A stretch of DNA of 64,000 bases from Phycisphaerales bacterium (lineage in GTDB: Bacteria > Planctomycetota > Phycisphaerae > WQYP01). Under the pieces are notes generated by a model, which was given only the letters and a program-made list of their open reading frames with translations, did not search any database and was not told the origin of the DNA. The DNA lies in assembly GCA_027451365.1 (NCBI GenBank), contig DAIDJN010000070.1, forward strand, positions 25,138 through 89,137, in the 5' to 3' direction. The position numbers and the translations under genes were made by a program. Below are positions 59,892 to 64,000 of this stretch, piece by piece. The stretch's first letter is position 1. Each line of letters starts with the position of its first letter.

Positions 59892-62336
59892 GTGAGCCAT
59901 CACATGAACTCAAACTCTGTTAATGAAATCGCTGGAAACGTGTTTGAAAAAATCGCCCCGGTCTGGCCACTGGACGGTTTTGTCGCGGTAAACCCGATGT
60001 GGGGGTTTATTTCACAGCGGTTTTCTGATTCGATGCGGGCGATGGAGATCGCCACCGGGGAACGCATGTATATGTCAAAAAGCTATTATGCCCAAAAGCT
60101 GCGCGCCGGCGAGATCAGCATTGCCGATGTGCGTCACGCGATTGAGCGCCGCGCGACCCGAGGATGCCCCACAGGATTTTCCGATGCCCAATCCGCAATC
60201 AAGGCTCTTGAGACTCGGGATCATGCCGCCGCGTCGCGCGATGGAGAACAGCCTGATTTTCAGCGCAGGGGCACTCCTTATCCATCCACCATGTTCGATC
60301 GGCTGCCGGAAAGTCTGCGGCAGGCGTTGCTGGAACACATTGCGTCGTGGTGCAGCATCTATTTTGATCGTGGTCAGGCCGCCTGGAACATGGTGGATCA
60401 TTCTAAAAGATTTTTCGCCGCGTGGCGGGATCTGGCTGAACTGGACCGCATGCCGGAAATCGCCGGGTTAAAGGGCTGCCGCGCATTCATAAAACACCTG
60501 CCCCAGCATCCATCCGAGGCGCTGGCACGTTCCCTTGAAATAATTGCCATTCCACAGCACCTGCTTGCGGACTACTTTCATCGCGTGTTGCTGGACCACA
60601 TCGGTTGGGCCAGTCATTTGAGGCTTCAGAGCTGGCATCATTCAATGCCGTCAGAAGACAATCCTCTTTTTGACCTGCTTACCATTCGAACCATTTATGA
60701 GGCCGCCGCATGTATCCACCTGCGGACACTCACTGCCATGCCACCGTGGAATTTCTCGCCGGAGAGTCATCATCCGCGGCACACCGAGCATTCCGAGCTT
60801 TGGCTTGAAGCCCATGAGGTATCTTTTGAACGGCATTTAACCACGGCGCTTCGGCGGCGTCTGACCAATAGCTTCTTGAATAACTCCCCTGAAACACGAC
60901 CATCGGTCCAGTGTGTATTTTGTATTGATGTGCGTTCGGAACGCATTCGGCGGGCGCTTGAGCAGGTGGCAATGACCGTTCAGACCATCGGGTTTGCCGG
61001 TTTTTTCGGATTTCCCATACGCTATTCACGTTTGGGTGATGAGCACAGCACCGCTCAATTTCCCGTACTGTTGACATCGCGATATCAAGTCGGCGAGTCG
61101 GTGGGCGGGAACCAAGCGGTATCTAAGCAACGCTCGTCAGACTTGCGCAGCAGCCGGGAATTTTCCGCCGGATGGTCGCAACTGACCGCCTACGGCGTTT
61201 CATCACTGAATTTTGTCGAGTTGCTTGGATTGGGTTATGGCGGGAGATTGATACGCGACGGTATCCTCCAGCCGCCGGAGAAAAAGGAGGCTCCATTCCA
61301 CCCCGATATCAGCGAATCGCATCCGCATTTTTCGCTGCAAGATCAGATCACGCTGGCGCGACAGGCTCTGAATAAAATGGGCCTGCGTGAAAAACTGGCG
61401 CGACTTGTTTTATTCTGCGGACATGGGGCGCAGACCGCCAACAATCCATACCAGGCCAGTTTAGATTGTGGCGCATGCGGCGGCCACGCGGGCGGTCCCA
61501 ATGCACGGGTTGCCGCGGCTGTGCTTAATAAAGACTCCGTGCGGGCAGGCTTGGCCGCCGACGGCCTGTGTATTCCTGCGGATACCTGGTTTGTGGCGGG
61601 CCAACACAACACAACCACGGATGAAATAACCATTTATGACACAGATCATATCCCCGCCAGTCATCAGGCGGATTTGGCTGCCTTACACGAACAATTACAG
61701 GCCGCCGGGGAAATAGTTCGGGCAGAGAAAGCGATGCTCGATGGCCAGACGGCAAATCAGGCGGCAGCCAAACGGGCCGCGGTGCAACGGGCGAATGATT
61801 GGGCGCAATTGCGCCCGGAATGGGGCCTGGCCGGTAACGCGGCGTTTATAGCGGCTCCCCGTCAAGTAACACGCGGACTTAACCTTGAAGGGCGCGTGTT
61901 TCTTCACGATTACCAATGGCGGCAAGATGAAGATTCATCAATATTGACACTTATTATGACCGCGCCGCTGGTGGTTGCCCACTGGATCAACATGCAGTAC
62001 TACGCCTCAAGCGTATGCACAGGCAAATGGGGCGCAGGGTCCAAAACCATTCACAACGTGGTTGGACTCCACGGTGTTTGTTCAGGTAATGCCGGCGATT
62101 TACAGGTCGGATTACCGATCGAATCGCTCCATGATGGTGTTAAATGGCGACACGATCCGCTGCGACTTCTGGCAATTATCGCAGCGCCGCGCGACAAAAT
62201 CTTGCGGGTTATTGGCCAACATCCGCTGGTGGAGACCTTATTGGATAATCAATGGATTGGCCTGATCGCACTGGATGAGGCGGACGAGCATAAGTTTCAT
62301 CGCTACCAGCCAAAGAGTCAGTGGGTTCCAGTGTGA
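59892..62336 (+). CDS. dabA: DabA (DUF2309/UPF0753) beta-carbonic-anhydrase-like subunit
   Basis: IAPVWPLDGFVAVNP, FCIDVRSE, GFAGFFG, CGHG, LDCGACGG, RPEWGLAGNA and HWINMQYY. Confidence 0.93.
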   Translation: MSHHMNSNSVNEIAGNVFEKIAPVWPLDGFVAVNPMWGFISQRFSDSMRAMEIATGERMYMSKSYYAQKLRAGEISIADVRHAIERRATRGCPTGFSDAQSAIKALETRDHAAASRDGEQPDFQRRGTPYPSTMFDRLPESLRQALLEHIASWCSIYFDRGQAAWNMVDHSKRFFAAWRDLAELDRMPEIAGLKGCRAFIKHLPQHPSEALARSLEIIAIPQHLLADYFHRVLLDHIGWASHLRLQSWHHSMPSEDNPLFDLLTIRTIYEAAACIHLRTLTAMPPWNFSPESHHPRHTEHSELWLEAHEVSFERHLTTALRRRLTNSFLNNSPETRPSVQCVFCIDVRSERIRRALEQVAMTVQTIGFAGFFGFPIRYSRLGDEHSTAQFPVLLTSRYQVGESVGGNQAVSKQRSSDLRSSREFSAGWSQLTAYGVSSLNFVELLGLGYGGRLIRDGILQPPEKKEAPFHPDISESHPHFSLQDQITLARQALNKMGLREKLARLVLFCGHGAQTANNPYQASLDCGACGGHAGGPNARVAAAVLNKDSVRAGLAADGLCIPADTWFVAGQHNTTTDEITIYDTDHIPASHQADLAALHEQLQAAGEIVRAEKAMLDGQTANQAAAKRAAVQRANDWAQLRPEWGLAGNAAFIAAPRQVTRGLNLEGRVFLHDYQWRQDEDSSILTLIMTAPLVVAHWINMQYYASSVCTGKWGAGSKTIHNVVGLHGVCSGNAGDLQVGLPIESLHDGVKWRHDPLRLLAIIAAPRDKILRVIGQHPLVETLLDNQWIGLIALDEADEHKFHRYQPKSQWVPV

Positions 62337-62345
62337 AGGCCGTCT

Positions 62346-63068
62346 CTATTTTCCGTTCTTTCCTATGGCTGTTGCGGCGTTTAATACTTCCTTTACGGGA
62401 ATCTGAACCTCGCCATACTTAAGCCAAGGCAGCACAAACGGGCTGTTATAAGCCAGATATCTGGCGTCGCCGTCCGCCTTATATTGACTTGCGTGCGCCG
62501 CCAGCCACTGCACCACTTTTTGCTCCGCCTGCTCAAAGCGTTTGGCCGTATATTGCCCTCGCACCCCAATACTGGCCACCAGCATCGGCGGCTGATTTTC
62601 CACGATCACCTTTCCCTCGACACCATCTTGGCCAATAGTGGGTTTGCTATAAATAAACGCCATCGATGCCATGGCTTCGTTACCGCCGGTGTCTTTATTA
62701 TAAGTCATCACCACAGGTGAACTCATCGCGATATGGTTCGATTCAATATGGCGGAATAGCGGCATAAATAGCGCTCCGCTGCCGCTGGTGCCCGCGCTGC
62801 GCTTCGTCATTGCAATGCGGCAAGCCGGGTATTTCTTAATAACTACCTCGCCGATCGGGCCGGGCGCGGGGAATCCTTCCGGCAACGGTGCCGATGGCCC
62901 GGCCACCCACGATGGTGCCGCATAGGGAGCCTTGCTGGAGGCACCGGATGGCGGCGAAGACGTGGCGCACCCGCTAAGCAGTAAAGCCGCACCACCGGTG
63001 ACGACCACGGCCAAACTTGCCGATTGGGTGACCCCGCCCCCCAGTTTTTGCATTAATTCAATTATCAT
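62346..63068 (-). CDS. SOUL heme-binding family lipoprotein
   Basis: Lipobox LSGC, IKKYP, F.PLFRHI...IAMSSPV, MAFIY and YNSPF..EV.IP. Confidence 0.8.
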   Translation of the reverse strand: MIIELMQKLGGGVTQSASLAVVVTGGAALLLSGCATSSPPSGASSKAPYAAPSWVAGPSAPLPEGFPAPGPIGEVVIKKYPACRIAMTKRSAGTSGSGALFMPLFRHIESNHIAMSSPVVMTYNKDTGGNEAMASMAFIYSKPTIGQDGVEGKVIVENQPPMLVASIGVRGQYTAKRFEQAEQKVVQWLAAHASQYKADGDARYLAYNSPFVLPWLKYGEVQIPVKEVLNAATAIGKNGK

Positions 63069-63493
63069 AGTTACTCCAAACCTGCTGATACCGGCAATTA
63101 TAGCCAAGCAACGGCGGCGCGGGGGCCGGTCCAAGTCATTTTACGATCATGCGTGAATGGCGGATGAACCAACTGAAAGTGTAATACTCCCCAAAAACTG
63201 GGCGCGCTGCGAAGGTAGTTTTTCCCGGTTTTCGGAGTCTATTTTATGTCGGTAAAACGTCGTCAAACTCCATTTTACGGCCGGGAGTTACCCTCTGCGC
63301 TTTGCAGGCATCGATTAAATCCGTGGCGATCGTCCAATACCGGCATTTTGATTTGTTGGCACATGGCGATCAACCGGTTTGTTCCGCGGCCAAAAACGTC
63401 AACGGCACCAGTCCGATGGCAATCACTGGCGGCGGGGCGCGGTTGCAGATTGCTGTATGAAATGCCGGTCGGCCAAAAGGCTGCGGTCCGCGA

Positions 63494-64000
63494 TTACCGC
63501 GCACGTGCGGCAAGGTTATCCAGCACACTCATATAATTCATGTAGGCATCGTATGGCGATTCATATGTGCTTAAGGAGGGGGATTGGCCATCATCCTGGC
63601 GCCGCACGTTCATGTAATAGAAGTGGTCGCTGGTGGTCATGCGCCGCCAGTCGGCAAGCAGCCGGGCATCGTCGCGCATTTTCACAACCTCTTCCAGCCG
63701 GTAGAGTTCCTGGAGCGCATTGGCCTGCATGGCATTTCCCAGCCAGGGAGACAGGTCCCGCTGGGATTCCGTCCAGCAGATATTCCGCGGAACGTTTAAG
63801 TCGGCGACCGGCGGAAAAAGTTCAACACAATCAGTCGGGGTCTTGAATGCGTCACCCAGCGCCAGAACATGGCCCGGCAACGCCGCAAGAAAGTCAAAAA
63901 TGCCGGAATCCGCGGGATGGCGCTGGCCAAACGTTTCGTAATCCATCCCCAACAGCACCAGCGAACCCTGTCCGTTTATGCCGTTAAGCCAGCGGGCATA
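63494..64000 (-). CDS. GH57 family alpha-amylase-like protein, C-terminal part (5' end outside the window)
   Basis: MDYETFG..GIFDFL, RDLSPWLGNAMQ, TSDHFYYM and YESPYDAYMNYM. Confidence 0.88.
   Translation of the reverse strand, partial: YARWLNGINGQGSLVLLGMDYETFGQRHPADSGIFDFLAALPGHVLALGDAFKTPTDCVELFPPVADLNVPRNICWTESQRDLSPWLGNAMQANALQELYRLEEVVKMRDDARLLADWRRMTTSDHFYYMNVRRQDDGQSPSLSTYESPYDAYMNYMSVLDNLAARAR

Overview
This is a 64-kb, moderately GC-rich chromosomal segment, most likely from a Planctomycetota bacterium of class Phycisphaerae or similar. That is inferred from four PEP-CTERM proteins, three prepilin/H-X9-DG (DUF1559-like) proteins, a XylR-type regulator and a receiver-groES-groEL arrangement. 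Housekeeping genes (mqnD, anmK, xseB, coaB-like, truD, xylB, purA, uppS, panB, groES/EL, ogt, metG, DHS-like, lpxL-like, hisH, hisA) are interspersed with five accessory units. (1) and (2) are two sugar-associated loci that pair PEP-CTERM proteins with pilin-like proteins, one with a GH16 glucanase next to xylB and one with a XylR-like regulator. (3) is an island at about 39.9-46.0 kb: a Fic gene bracketed by a 79-bp palindromic direct repeat, a pRiA4b ORF3 protein, an M48 peptidase, a PD-(D/E)XK nuclease and a decayed IS3-family orfA. (4) is an isolated, intact phage neck/tail-tube mini-operon (adaptor, stopper, DUF3168 terminator, tail tube, unknown ORF) in the gene order of gene-transfer-agent clusters, with no capsid, terminase or integrase nearby. 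(5) is a LysR-regulated DabB/DabA inorganic-carbon pump. No rRNA, tRNA or CRISPR array was seen. All calls come from motif recognition by eye; no database searches were run.
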